From the NCBI GenBank assembly GCA_038139415.1, contig JAYOSV010000001.1, forward strand, positions 1 through 26,399: a stretch of DNA of 26,399 nt, in the 5' to 3' direction. The notes beneath the pieces were generated by a model. That model made no database searches, was not told where the DNA came from, and worked only from the letters and a program-made list of their open reading frames with translations. Source of the DNA: Verrucomicrobiales bacterium (GTDB lineage: Bacteria > Verrucomicrobiota > Verrucomicrobiia > Limisphaerales > UBA1100). Made by a program: the position numbers and the translations under genes. Shown piece after piece: positions 1 to 11,017 of this stretch (position 1 is its first letter; every line of letters starts with the position of its first letter).

Positions 1-2
1 GA

Positions 3-263
3 TTAATGAAGGATGTGATCAAGGACGAGACCATCATGCAGACGTATACAGGAGCTCAAAGAGATTCGTCAGTGGTTGATTGGTACGCGCTTCCTGCATT
101 TAAAGTGTTGGTCGGATTGATCTCGCCGATGAAAGATTTTTCACCGATTGAAAACTTGGCTAACGGCAAAAGCATCACTTGGTCTGAAATGGGGCGTGCA
201 TACTTTTATAACTGGGGTTGCGCTGTATTTTTACTCGGTGGCTTGGGTTACGTTTTTTTCTAA
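3..263 (+). CDS. 5'-truncated membrane protein C-terminus (probably ABC-2-type permease-like)
   Basis: The frame is open to the window edge. It ends in a hydrophobic helix (AVFLLGGLGYVFF) preceded by FSPIENLANGKSITW. The frame continues past the TAA as TREFA, which resembles the RRE-type tail of ABC-2 permeases (family call is recalled inference). Confidence 0.5.
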   Translation, partial: LMKDVIKDETIMQTYTGAQRDSSVVDWYALPAFKVLVGLISPMKDFSPIENLANGKSITWSEMGRAYFYNWGCAVFLLGGLGYVFF

Positions 264-346
264 ACAAGGGAATTTGCAATAACGGGTGTTAAATCACAAA
301 TACCCCCCCAAAAAAAAGCTTTTCACTGAATAGCGTTCCTCGACCT

Positions 347-1891
347 GTGTTGGTCGGCATCATGATACTGGGTATGTTGGGGGCGTTCTTTTCCCAGCAC
401 TCGCTGAATAATCAGCGGGGAAGACTGAGCCCAACATATTTGGAACCGCTTCAAGATGCACCTCCCATGCTAGCTTTGACGGCTAATGCGTTGGGTGGTT
501 TCCGAGGAATTATTGCAACCTACCTCTGGTTGAGAGCCAATGAAATGCAACTGCAAGATCGGTACTCCGAGCAAATGCAGCTTTCTGAATGGGTGTCACA
601 GTTGCAGCCCACCGTTCCCATGGTTTGGGTGAACCGCGCATGGAACATGGCTTATAATATATCAAAAACATATGAGGACCCGGAGATTCGGTGGCGATAT
701 GTGTATGATGGAGTGAAAATGCTCCGGGATCGCGGCATTAAATACAATCCGCAGGAGCCGATTATATATAATGAATTATGCTATATATTTGAGCATAAGA
801 TTGCCCATAATTTAGATGATCACCATCGCTATTATAAACTCCGCTGGATGGAGATGATGCAGGATGTGCTATGGGAATCTCAGGAAGAGGCTAACCGTAT
901 GGAAGGAGTTCCTGATTTTGATGCACTCATCAATCCCCCCAACCAAGAAGTGGCGAAACGGGCGGAACGTTTGCGGCGTGAATTTGGGATGGATCCAATC
1001 GAAATGAAGTTGTTGCATGAACGTTATGGCCGAGCCAAGCGTATGGACGGAACAGTGGTCAACGTGTTGGACTGGAGGTTTGCCGAAGTTCAGACGCTTT
1101 ATTGGGGTGTTTTGGGCAGGAAACGATGTGCTAACAATCCCTCTCGGGAACGGGAACTGCGCAAGCTGGAGAAGAAAATCTACATATCGATGATGTATTT
1201 ATTTTACAGGGGGAAGATGAATTTGCCGTCAGGGCGATCGATATCGCCCGGAGATTTTGTATCCAACCGGTTTTATGTGGTCCCTAATCTTGATATTGCA
1301 GAATCCACACACCGATCCTATATGGATATGGTGGAAGTGGCGCAAGCTTCCCGTTTGGACCATCACACGGAGGGGACCACGGAAATTGGCCATATGAATT
1401 TTCTAAAAAGAAACATTTCATGGCTGTACTTTTACAATCGTGAAGAAGAGGCCCTCAAATGGCTGGAGATTGCAGTGGAACTCTATCCGGAAAAGATGAC
1501 TTGGGGGCCGGAATTTGATCCAGAAACTGATACGGTTGATTTGGAGAAATTGGTGCGTGCCAGATTAGAGGATGATATTCAGCGCGGCGGCGATTATCAG
1601 GTGCAGGCCATTTTAATTGGTATGTTGGTGAAGCACTTCACATACTTGGCATTGGGAGATGAAGATAATGCCATCGAGTATTACGAGTTTATTGAACGAA
1701 TTTACGCGCGGTATGTGGAACGCTTTAAGAATTCACCAGAACGAATGGGCTTGCCTCCATTGGAAGATTTACGGCGGACGCGCTTGACGGCATTTCTTTT
1801 GGAGGAGGACCCCAAGATGGTTGCCCAATTGCGAACACGAATGGGTCTGGGGCCGGACGAATTACCATCACCTGACTCTGGAAACGAATAG
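347..1891 (+). CDS. Hypothetical membrane-anchored helical/TPR-like protein, similar to PVC proteins often annotated 'IRE (iron responsive element)'
   Basis: 514-aa ORF with an N-terminal hydrophobic segment. Motifs LGGFRG..ATYLWLRA, LQP...VW...AWNMAYNIS and RW..V..G...LRD.G...NP recall that PVC family from memory. The start codon is uncertain (GTG 347 or ATG 362). Confidence 0.65.
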   Translation: MLVGIMILGMLGAFFSQHSLNNQRGRLSPTYLEPLQDAPPMLALTANALGGFRGIIATYLWLRANEMQLQDRYSEQMQLSEWVSQLQPTVPMVWVNRAWNMAYNISKTYEDPEIRWRYVYDGVKMLRDRGIKYNPQEPIIYNELCYIFEHKIAHNLDDHHRYYKLRWMEMMQDVLWESQEEANRMEGVPDFDALINPPNQEVAKRAERLRREFGMDPIEMKLLHERYGRAKRMDGTVVNVLDWRFAEVQTLYWGVLGRKRCANNPSRERELRKLEKKIYISMMYLFYRGKMNLPSGRSISPGDFVSNRFYVVPNLDIAESTHRSYMDMVEVAQASRLDHHTEGTTEIGHMNFLKRNISWLYFYNREEEALKWLEIAVELYPEKMTWGPEFDPETDTVDLEKLVRARLEDDIQRGGDYQVQAILIGMLVKHFTYLALGDEDNAIEYYEFIERIYARYVERFKNSPERMGLPPLEDLRRTRLTAFLLEEDPKMVAQLRTRMGLGPDELPSPDSGNE

Positions 1892-1898
1892 ATTGGCC

Positions 1899-1926
1899 TT
1901 GCTCGCGAGGGCTTCTCCTCTACGCT
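1899..1926 (+). promoter_or_regulatory. Putative sigma70-type promoter of the opp operon
   Basis: TTGCTC(1899-1904)-N16-TACGCT(1921-1926), 6 nt before GTG 1933. Confidence 0.5.
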
Positions 1927-1932
1927 TCCTCC

Positions 1933-3744
1933 GTGCCAATGCGGCGTGTCATTACCACGATTATAATCCTACTTTTCGGGTTGGGTTGCGGAAAGCCATC
2001 TTCCAATATCGAATCCGGTTTGCGTGACCAGGTGTTGCACTTGGGGAATGGTGCGGAGCCACAGTCGTTAGATCCACATCTTGCCACCAGTGTAGGGGCG
2101 CATCACATCATGTCTTCATTACTCGAGGGTTTGATGGCGGAGAACCCTAAAACACTTGAGCCGGAGCCTGGGGTGGCGAAGAGTTGGGTGATTTCTGAGG
2201 ATCGAAAAACTTACACCTTTACCCTGCGCAAAGACGCTAAATGGTCCAATGGAGACCCAGTTAAGGCAAGTGATTTTGTCTATAGTTATCGACGTATTCT
2301 CAACCAAGAACTTGCTGCACAATACGGGTACATGGTGCAGGCACTCAAAAACGGGAAGCTTTTTAATACCGGCAAGAAATGTTCGAGTGGCGTGTGGTTG
2401 CTCGTTAAGGACGGGCCGCCCAAAGTAGTTGCGCATCCAGAGGCCTGGGAGGCTTTGGATGATGCAGGACGTGCCAAGGTATTGGCGGCTTTGCAGCCAA
2501 AGGGCGAGGATGTTACGGGTGAGTGCATCTTGTGCGCTCAGCCCACAAAACTACAGCCCTTGGATTGGGATGATTGGGATCGCTGTGAGGTAGGGGCTAG
2601 AGCCATTGATGATCATACTCTGGAACTGAAGTTAGAAAATCCCACACCATATTTCCTCGAATTACTCAATCATTATACATTCTGGCCAGTACACCCACCC
2701 ACGATTGAGAGTTTTGGCGCTCGCACAAAGCGTGGTACTGGTTGGGCGTTGCCCGGTAAGTATGTGGGTAATGGACCATTCACGCTTGAAGAATGGCAAA
2801 TTAATGCCCGATCGGTCGTTAAGAAAAATCTTAATTATTGGGATCGAGATACGGTTAAGCTAAACGAAATCCGGTTTTATCCAATAGAAAGTGTGGATAC
2901 TGAGGAACGGGCTTTTCGCTCAAATTTCATTCATAACACCCAAACTGTTCCGCCTTACCGTATCGATTGGCACAAGAAAAATAACCGTGACTCATTGCAC
3001 GTAGATACCTACTTGGGAGTATATTTTTATCGTTTTAATACAGAGCGCAAGCCGTTGGATGATGTGCGGGTGCGACTCGCGCTAGCTTTGTCGATTGACC
3101 GAGAGGCTCTAGTGAAGCACGTGCTACGAGCCGGGCAGCAGCCGGCTTATAATTATACACCACCCGGCACAGGCGGATTTACCGCTGGCCCACAATTCAA
3201 GGCGGATGTGAAGGAGGCTAAACGCTTGATCGCTGAATACCTCAAGGAAACCGGTCAGTCATCTGTTCCTGAATTTGAACTACGCTATAACACAAGTGAA
3301 AGTCACAAGAAAGTCGCCGAGGCAATTCAGGCAATGTGGAAAAAAGAATTGGGAGTGGATGTGGTTCTGGATAATCAGGAATGGAAGGTTTTTCTTAAGT
3401 CCGTAGAAACTCAGGACTACACGGTTACGCGAGCCGGATGGATAGGTGATTATAACGATCCAAACACTTTCATGGATATGTGGGTGACCGATGGAGGCCA
3501 CAACAATACAGGGTGGTCAAATGCTCGTTATGATGAACTTATTGAGTTGGCTGCAAAGGAAGGGGATAAGAGTAAACGGAAAGAATTCTTTCATGAGGCG
3601 GAGAAAATACTGGCTGCGGAAATGCCCATGTTGCCGATATATTTTTATGTAAGTTCCAGTTTGCGATCTAAGGATGTTAAGGGTTGGTATCCTAATGTGT
3701 TAGATCACCATCCCTACAAGCATGTGTATCTTGAGAAGGATTGA
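1933..3744 (+). CDS. oppA: Oligopeptide ABC transporter substrate-binding lipoprotein (SBP family 5)
   Basis: Lipoprotein signal MRRVITTIIILLFGLG-C. Family-5 motifs EPQSLDP, YTFTLRKDAKWSNGDPVKASDFVYS, GNGPF, VRLALALSIDR, RAGWIGDYNDP. Start is GTG 1933 or ATG 1939. Confidence 0.93.
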   Translation: MPMRRVITTIIILLFGLGCGKPSSNIESGLRDQVLHLGNGAEPQSLDPHLATSVGAHHIMSSLLEGLMAENPKTLEPEPGVAKSWVISEDRKTYTFTLRKDAKWSNGDPVKASDFVYSYRRILNQELAAQYGYMVQALKNGKLFNTGKKCSSGVWLLVKDGPPKVVAHPEAWEALDDAGRAKVLAALQPKGEDVTGECILCAQPTKLQPLDWDDWDRCEVGARAIDDHTLELKLENPTPYFLELLNHYTFWPVHPPTIESFGARTKRGTGWALPGKYVGNGPFTLEEWQINARSVVKKNLNYWDRDTVKLNEIRFYPIESVDTEERAFRSNFIHNTQTVPPYRIDWHKKNNRDSLHVDTYLGVYFYRFNTERKPLDDVRVRLALALSIDREALVKHVLRAGQQPAYNYTPPGTGGFTAGPQFKADVKEAKRLIAEYLKETGQSSVPEFELRYNTSESHKKVAEAIQAMWKKELGVDVVLDNQEWKVFLKSVETQDYTVTRAGWIGDYNDPNTFMDMWVTDGGHNNTGWSNARYDELIELAAKEGDKSKRKEFFHEAEKILAAEMPMLPIYFYVSSSLRSKDVKGWYPNVLDHHPYKHVYLEKD

Positions 3745-3749
3745 TCCAC

Positions 3750-4889
3750 ATGTTTCGCTTTATTTTATCACGTCTACTGCAAGCGATTCCGGTTTTATTC
3801 ATTATTGCTTCTATCACTTTTTTTATGGTGCGATTGGCCCCTGGGGGGCCATTCACAGAGGAAAAAACTATTCCAGTTGAGATCCGAAAAAAACTTGAGG
3901 AACATTATGGTCTGGATCGTCCACTTTGGGAGCAGTACCTCCTGTATTTTGGGTTTATATCAATGGAGGTAGACAAGGGGCGGGTTAAGTTCGAAGAGGG
4001 TGAAACCCAAAAGAGCCACCTTCATGAAGAATCCAAAACTACCCTCGCGGTAGGTATTGATGGAGCGATTAAGGTTACCGAAGGAACCGGGCATTGGCAC
4101 GCCCGTATTGTGACTGAGAAGGATCGCACCTCCAGTTTGGTTGAGGTAGAAATCTTCCGTCGTGAGCGGTCGGGCCTCCTGTTTGGGGAGCTGGGTCCAT
4201 CATTTAAATATATTGGCTGGGAGGTTGATGAATTGATCCGGCGTTCATTCCCTGTCTCAATGCAGTTGGGGTTATGTGCTCTGGTCATCGCGTTGTGCCT
4301 CGGTTTGCCTGCTGGGGTGATTGCCGCCCTTAATAAAAATTCATTGCTCGATTACATTCCAATGTCCACGGCTATGCTCGGCATATGTCTGCCAACTTTT
4401 GTAATGGGGCCGCTATTGATTTTGATTTTCTCCTCAGGACTTGGCTGGTTTAGCCCAATCGGTTGGTATACTTGGGGTGATATGGTGCTGCCGTCTCTGA
4501 CGTTGGGCTTGTACTATGCTGCTTATGTTGCTCGGCTTACTCGTGGAGGAATGCTTGATGTGCTTAATCAAGACTTCATCAAAACCGCCCGAGCTAAGGG
4601 GGCCACTGAATTGCGTGTAATTCTCAAGCACTCCCTCCGCGGAGGGTTGCTACCCGTGGTGTCCTTCCTTGGGCCGGCCTTTGCGGGACTCATCAGTGGC
4701 TCATTCGTAATCGAAACAATTTTTTCCATTCCGGGCCTCGGTAAATTTTTCGTTACCGCCGCCTTCAATCGCGACTACACCATGGTGATTGGTACCGTGC
4801 TCTTTTATGCCGCGCTGATCATCGTTATGAACCTGCTGGTCGACATCGTCCAAGCTTGGCTGAACCCGCGTACCCGAGTCGAGTCATGA
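3750..4889 (+). CDS. oppB: Oligopeptide ABC transporter permease OppB with an extra loop insertion
   Basis: RLAPGGPF, YGLDRPLWEQY, LGPSFKY, EAA-loop DFIKTARAKG, IETIFSIPGLG, RDY, LNPR. ATG 3750 follows AGAAGGA (3734-3740). Confidence 0.93.
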   Translation: MFRFILSRLLQAIPVLFIIASITFFMVRLAPGGPFTEEKTIPVEIRKKLEEHYGLDRPLWEQYLLYFGFISMEVDKGRVKFEEGETQKSHLHEESKTTLAVGIDGAIKVTEGTGHWHARIVTEKDRTSSLVEVEIFRRERSGLLFGELGPSFKYIGWEVDELIRRSFPVSMQLGLCALVIALCLGLPAGVIAALNKNSLLDYIPMSTAMLGICLPTFVMGPLLILIFSSGLGWFSPIGWYTWGDMVLPSLTLGLYYAAYVARLTRGGMLDVLNQDFIKTARAKGATELRVILKHSLRGGLLPVVSFLGPAFAGLISGSFVIETIFSIPGLGKFFVTAAFNRDYTMVIGTVLFYAALIIVMNLLVDIVQAWLNPRTRVES

Positions 4890-5770
4890 GTACTGCCGAG
4901 GCTAATCTCCAGCAAACTGAGGGTGCCTCGCTCTGGGCGGATGCGTGGCGGCGTTTGGCGCAAAACCGCATGGCCGTAATTGCCACCATCATTTTCGGGG
5001 TGATTCTTCTGCTGTGCCTCATCGGACCACTGTTCTTTGCTCAGCACTCCGGCGAAACCAATGACTTGGCCAACACGTTCAAGAAGCCCAGCATCAGTCA
5101 CTGGTTTGGTACGGATGACTTGGGGCGCGATCTCTTTGTGCGCACACTGGAGGGCGGTCGAATTTCGCTGGCGGTTGGATTTCTAGCAACGGCGGTTAGC
5201 CTGTTGATCGGAGTGGTGTACGGCTCTATGGCCGGTTACATCGGCGGACGTACGGATGCTTTTCTGATGCGAATTGTGGACATTCTCTATTCGCTGCCGT
5301 TCACCATCTTTGTGATTTTGTTGATGGTGATGTTTGGGCGGAATTTTATTTTGCTTTTTGTCGCCATCGGCTTTGTCGAATGGCTTACCATGGCGCGTAT
5401 CGTTCGTGCTCAGATTATGGCTTTAAAGGACACCGAGTTCGTGGAGGCCGCTCGGGCGCTCGGGTACGGTAATCTCCGGATCATATTTGGTCATTTGTTG
5501 CCGAACATCCTGGGGCCGGTGATTATTTACGCCAGCCTCACGGTGCCGGCAGTGATGCTGCTGGAGGCGGTACTCAGTTTCCTCGGGCTAGGCGTACAGC
5601 CGCCGATGAGTTCATGGGGATTGCTGATCAAGGACGGCGCGGAGAAGATTGATGTGTATCCGTGGTTGCTGATTTTCCCCGCGCTATTTTTCTCCGCCAC
5701 GTTGTTCAGCCTGAACTTCATTGGCGACGGATTGCGTGATGCGCTGGACCCTAAATCCTCGAAGGACTGA
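4886..5770 (+). CDS. oppC: Oligopeptide ABC transporter permease OppC
   Basis: HWFGTDDLGRD, GGRISL, EFVEAARALG, HLLPN, LSFLGLG, GDGLRDALDP. ATGA overlap with the oppB stop at 4886-4889. Confidence 0.95.
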   Translation: MSTAEANLQQTEGASLWADAWRRLAQNRMAVIATIIFGVILLLCLIGPLFFAQHSGETNDLANTFKKPSISHWFGTDDLGRDLFVRTLEGGRISLAVGFLATAVSLLIGVVYGSMAGYIGGRTDAFLMRIVDILYSLPFTIFVILLMVMFGRNFILLFVAIGFVEWLTMARIVRAQIMALKDTEFVEAARALGYGNLRIIFGHLLPNILGPVIIYASLTVPAVMLLEAVLSFLGLGVQPPMSSWGLLIKDGAEKIDVYPWLLIFPALFFSATLFSLNFIGDGLRDALDPKSSKD

Positions 5771-5771
5771 C

Positions 5772-7529
<1,758 letters not shown>

Positions 7530-7532
7530 GAG

Positions 7533-7991
7533 CTATTCGCCCTCGCTGTCTTCTTTATTTTCCGCAGGCGCTTCCGGAGTAACGGAAGGGGTGTTGGTGG
7601 CCGTGTCGGAAGGATCTTCGGTGGGTGTGACGGGTGCGGAAGGGGTTGGCGATGGATCCTGCTGAATCGGGGTGGGTGCCGGTTGAGCTGGGGCGGCATT
7701 GGTATTGGTGGTCGGCGCTCCACCTTGGCCGAGTTGATCGCTGAGATCATCCGGGCGCATGAAGGGGAGGGACAGAAATAGACAGAGTACAAGAAATAGT
7801 ACGGCGTTCCATTTAGTCAGCTTGGTTAACACATTGCCGGCACCAGCACCGAAGAGCGCATCAGTGGTGCCGCCGCCAAAGGCGGTGCCGAGGCCGGCCT
7901 CTTTCTTGGGAAGCTGCACCAGCACCAACAGGATGAGGAACAGGCAGTTGAGAAAGAGAACGACAGTGAGAAATTTATTCAGGATATCCAT
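7533..7991 (-). CDS. secG: Preprotein translocase subunit SecG with a Pro/Thr/acidic C-terminal tail
   Basis: TM1-LVLVQLPK-GLGTAFGGG-LFGAGAGNVLTKLT-TM2. It lies directly downstream of tpiA, the usual synteny. Confidence 0.92.
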   Translation of the reverse strand: MDILNKFLTVVLFLNCLFLILLVLVQLPKKEAGLGTAFGGGTTDALFGAGAGNVLTKLTKWNAVLFLVLCLFLSLPFMRPDDLSDQLGQGGAPTTNTNAAPAQPAPTPIQQDPSPTPSAPVTPTEDPSDTATNTPSVTPEAPAENKEDSEGE

Positions 7992-8000
7992 GATGTTTTC

Positions 8001-8768
8001 CTAATTGCGCGTGTTGTTGATGATATCAGAAAAGCTGCGGGCTTCAAGGCTGGCGCCTCCGACGAGGGCTCCGTCCACGTCCGGTTGGCCGAGAAGTTCC
8101 TCGGCATTGGCGGGTTTGACGCTGCCGCCGTACTGAATGCGGACGGTCTTGGCGACTTCTTCACCGTGACTCTTGTTGATCTCGCCGCGGATGAAGGCGT
8201 GCACGTCCTGTGCCTGCTGGGAGGTGGCAGTCTTGCCAGTGCCGATGGCCCAGACCGGTTCGTAGGCGATCACAGTGTCCTTCAATTGTTCGGCGTCCAA
8301 ATCGGCCAGGCTGCCGGCAATTTGTTGGCCGACCACGGATTCAGTTTCATTGGCCTCACGTTGGGTGAGGGTTTCGCCCACACAGACAATCGGCTTGAGG
8401 CCGGCGGCTAGGGCGGCCTTGGTCTTGGCGTTGATCAGGGCGTCGCTTTCCTTCTGGTACTCGCGGCGTTCGGAGTGGCCGAGGATCACGTAATGCACGC
8501 GCAGATCGCGCAGCATGCCGGCATTGATTTCGCCGGTGAACGCGCCGTAATCGTTCTCGCTCATGTTCTGGCCGCCCACTTTGATGAGGCTGTTCTTAAG
8601 CTTGGCGGCTACGGCATCCAGTGCGGTGTATGGCGGGCACACGACTACGTCCACATCGGTCTGCGTGCCGAGGTCACGATCGAGGGCCTCCACCAAGTCC
8701 GTGGCTTCAGCCACGGTTTTGTTCATCTTCCAGTTGCCGGCGATGATCAGTTTGCGTTCTTTGTTCAT
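8001..8768 (-). CDS. tpiA: Triosephosphate isomerase
   Basis: [41 protein letters not shown]. The real start is ATG 8768 (MNKERK), 7 nt past the pgk stop. Confidence 0.98.
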   Translation of the reverse strand: MNKERKLIIAGNWKMNKTVAEATDLVEALDRDLGTQTDVDVVVCPPYTALDAVAAKLKNSLIKVGGQNMSENDYGAFTGEINAGMLRDLRVHYVILGHSERREYQKESDALINAKTKAALAAGLKPIVCVGETLTQREANETESVVGQQIAGSLADLDAEQLKDTVIAYEPVWAIGTGKTATSQQAQDVHAFIRGEINKSHGEEVAKTVRIQYGGSVKPANAEELLGQPDVDGALVGGASLEARSFSDIINNTRN

Positions 8769-8775
8769 GGGAAAA

Positions 8776-10008
8776 TTATTTGTCGGACAGCGCGGATACG
8801 CCGGGGAGTTCCTTGCCTTCAAGAAATTCCAGACTCGCACCTCCACCGGTGCTCATGAAGGTGACTTGATCTCCGAGGTCGGCCTTGTTCAGGGCCTTCA
8901 CGCTGTCGCCGCCGCCGATGATGCTTTTGGCACCGGAAGCTGTGGCCTCGCAAACCGCGCGGGCCACGGCGAAGGTGCCGCCGGCAAAGCGGTCGTCCTC
9001 AAAGATGCCCATGGGGCCGTTCCATAAAATCGTCTTCGCGCCCTTGATCACCTCGCTGAAGGTGTCGGCGGATTTGGGGCCGATGTCCACGCCCTCCACG
9101 TCGTCGGGGATATTTTTATCATCATTCACGCGATGATCGCCAAAGGCAAATTTGCCGGCGATCTCGGTGGGCTCGGCCACCACGTTGTCGGTGGGGATGA
9201 GAAATTGCACGTTGCGTTCGGCGGCCTTGTCGAGGGCGGCCTGAGCGACGTCTACTTTGTCGCGTTCCACCAGCGATTTGCCGACGGAGAACCCCTGGGC
9301 TAGCTTGAAAGTGTACGCCATAGCGCCGCCGATCAGAATGGTATCGGCCTTTTCCAGCAGGCGATCGATCACCTTGATCTTATCGGAGACCTTCGCGCCG
9401 CCGAGGATCACGACAAACGGGGCGGCGGGCGAATTGAGTTCGTCCCCGAGAAATTGTAGTTCGCGCTCCATCAAGAGGCCAGCGGCGCATTGGCCGCCGC
9501 GGGCGGCGATCACATTGGCCACTCCGGCGGTGGAGGCGTGCGCGCGATGGGCGGCACCGAAGGCGTCGTTCACATACGTATCCGCATTGGCAGCGAGTTG
9601 TTCGGCAAACGCGGCGTCATTGGCTTCCTCTTCGGTGTGGTAACGGACGTTTTCCAGCAGGAGCAAACCGCCTTCCTGTAGTTGGCTCACGGCTTCGGTC
9701 ACGGCGTCACCGACGCATTGATCGCAGAAGGCGACCGGTTGGCCGATCAATTCCGCGAGTTTATTGGCCACGGGGCGCAGGCTCATGGATGGCACACGCT
9801 CGCCCTTAGGCCGGCCGAGGTGGGCGGTGAGGATCACTTTAGCGCCCTTGTCGATCATGGCCTTGAGCGTGGGCAGGGTGGCGCGGATTCGGGTGTCGTC
9901 ATTGATCACCATCGCGCCGTCCTCTTCGGCCATCGGCACGTTGTAGTCTACGCGCGTCAACACGCGTTTACCCTGCAAATCCAAATCGTTAACGGTGAGT
10001 TTCGCCAT
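8776..10008 (-). CDS. pgk: Phosphoglycerate kinase
   Basis: [67 protein letters not shown]. Confidence 0.98.
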   Translation of the reverse strand: MAKLTVNDLDLQGKRVLTRVDYNVPMAEEDGAMVINDDTRIRATLPTLKAMIDKGAKVILTAHLGRPKGERVPSMSLRPVANKLAELIGQPVAFCDQCVGDAVTEAVSQLQEGGLLLLENVRYHTEEEANDAAFAEQLAANADTYVNDAFGAAHRAHASTAGVANVIAARGGQCAAGLLMERELQFLGDELNSPAAPFVVILGGAKVSDKIKVIDRLLEKADTILIGGAMAYTFKLAQGFSVGKSLVERDKVDVAQAALDKAAERNVQFLIPTDNVVAEPTEIAGKFAFGDHRVNDDKNIPDDVEGVDIGPKSADTFSEVIKGAKTILWNGPMGIFEDDRFAGGTFAVARAVCEATASGAKSIIGGGDSVKALNKADLGDQVTFMSTGGGASLEFLEGKELPGVSALSDK

Positions 10009-10022
10009 AAAACGGGCCGCGG

Positions 10023-10051
10023 AGGATAGCGCAGGGGGGGGGGCGGTGGAA
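10023..10051 (-). promoter_or_regulatory. Putative promoter of pgk-tpiA-secG with a homopolymer in the spacer
   Basis: Minus strand TTCCAC(10051-10046)-N17-TATCCT(10028-10023), 14 nt before the ATG. The spacer contains G10 (+ strand 10034-10043). Confidence 0.45.
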
Positions 10052-10080
10052 GCAGAAAAACGGCCGATTTCTGCCTTTTT
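10052..10080. terminator. Weak hairpin just downstream of rluD
   Basis: Inverted repeat GCAGAAA(10052-10058)/TTTCTGC(10068-10074). The T-run follows on the + strand, with only a poor U-tail in the rluD direction. Confidence 0.25.
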
Positions 10081-11017
10081 AGCGGGTCTTTAGAAAGTTT
10101 AGCGCATCCGCAAAATCAGCCGGTAGCGGCGCATTCACCTCCATTTTCTTGCCGGAAAGCGGGTGGGTGAACCCTAGGGCGGCAGCGTGGAGCATCTGGC
10201 GCGGGGCTTCGTAGCCGGTGGATTGGGCAAATTGCCGGGCCGGGCGGCCTCCATAGACCGGGTCGCCCACCAGCGGACAGCCCAAATGCTGCAGGTGCAC
10301 ACGGATCTGGTGCGTCCGTCCGGTGTGTAGCGTGGCCTCCACCAGAGCCGAGTCGCGCAATGCCTCCAGCACACGGAAATCCGTGTGTGAATCGCGGCCG
10401 CGTTCCACAATCGCCATTTTTTTGCGGTGCACCGGATGCCGGGCAATGGGAGCCTTGACTATGATACGTTCCTTAGCCGGCTGGCCGCAGACGAGTGCTT
10501 GATATATTTTGGTATTTTTGCGATCGGCAAACTGGGCGGACAAAGCGTGATGGGCCGAATCGTCCTTCGCCACCACCAGACATCCGCTGGTATCCTTGTC
10601 CAGTCGATGCACAATACCCGGCCGTGCCACGCCCCCGACGCCGCTGAGTTGGCCGGCGCAATGATGCAGCAGGGCGTTCACCAGTGTCCCGCTTGCGTGA
10701 CCGGCGGCCGGATGCACCACGATCCCCACGGGTTTGTTGATCACCAGCAGACGATCATCTTCATACAAAACGTCCAACGGAATATCCTCCGGTTGCGCCT
10801 CGGCCGGCTCGGGTTCGGGCCAGATGATAACGATCTCTTCGCCGGCACGGGGTTGATGCGTGGGCTTGACCGTTTTGCCATCCACTCGCACATCGCCATC
10901 TTGAATCAAACGCTGAAAGGTTCCGCGGGAGGTGTCGGGGAATTGTTTTTTCAGGAACTTGTCCAGTCGAGCTTGAGGTAGGGAAATCTCCACCCGCAGT
11001 GTCTCGCGCCGGCTCAT
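10079..11017 (-). CDS. rluD: RluA-family 23S rRNA pseudouridine synthase with an S4 domain (RluD-like)
   Basis: S4-like RLDKFL...SR...Q.LI..G.V.VDG, NKPVGIVVHP, RPGIVHRLDKDTSG, TGRTHQIRVH, RQMLHA. Start ATG 11017 overlaps the lgt stop (ATGA). Confidence 0.9.
   Translation of the reverse strand: MSRRETLRVEISLPQARLDKFLKKQFPDTSRGTFQRLIQDGDVRVDGKTVKPTHQPRAGEEIVIIWPEPEPAEAQPEDIPLDVLYEDDRLLVINKPVGIVVHPAAGHASGTLVNALLHHCAGQLSGVGGVARPGIVHRLDKDTSGCLVVAKDDSAHHALSAQFADRKNTKIYQALVCGQPAKERIIVKAPIARHPVHRKKMAIVERGRDSHTDFRVLEALRDSALVEATLHTGRTHQIRVHLQHLGCPLVGDPVYGGRPARQFAQSTGYEAPRQMLHAAALGFTHPLSGKKMEVNAPLPADFADALNFLKTR

Noticed and set aside
308..346. Promoter for the 347-1891 gene (TAGCGT at 331-336)
   Set aside because: There is no matching -35 box at 16-17 nt spacing, and the gene is probably co-transcribed with the upstream gene.
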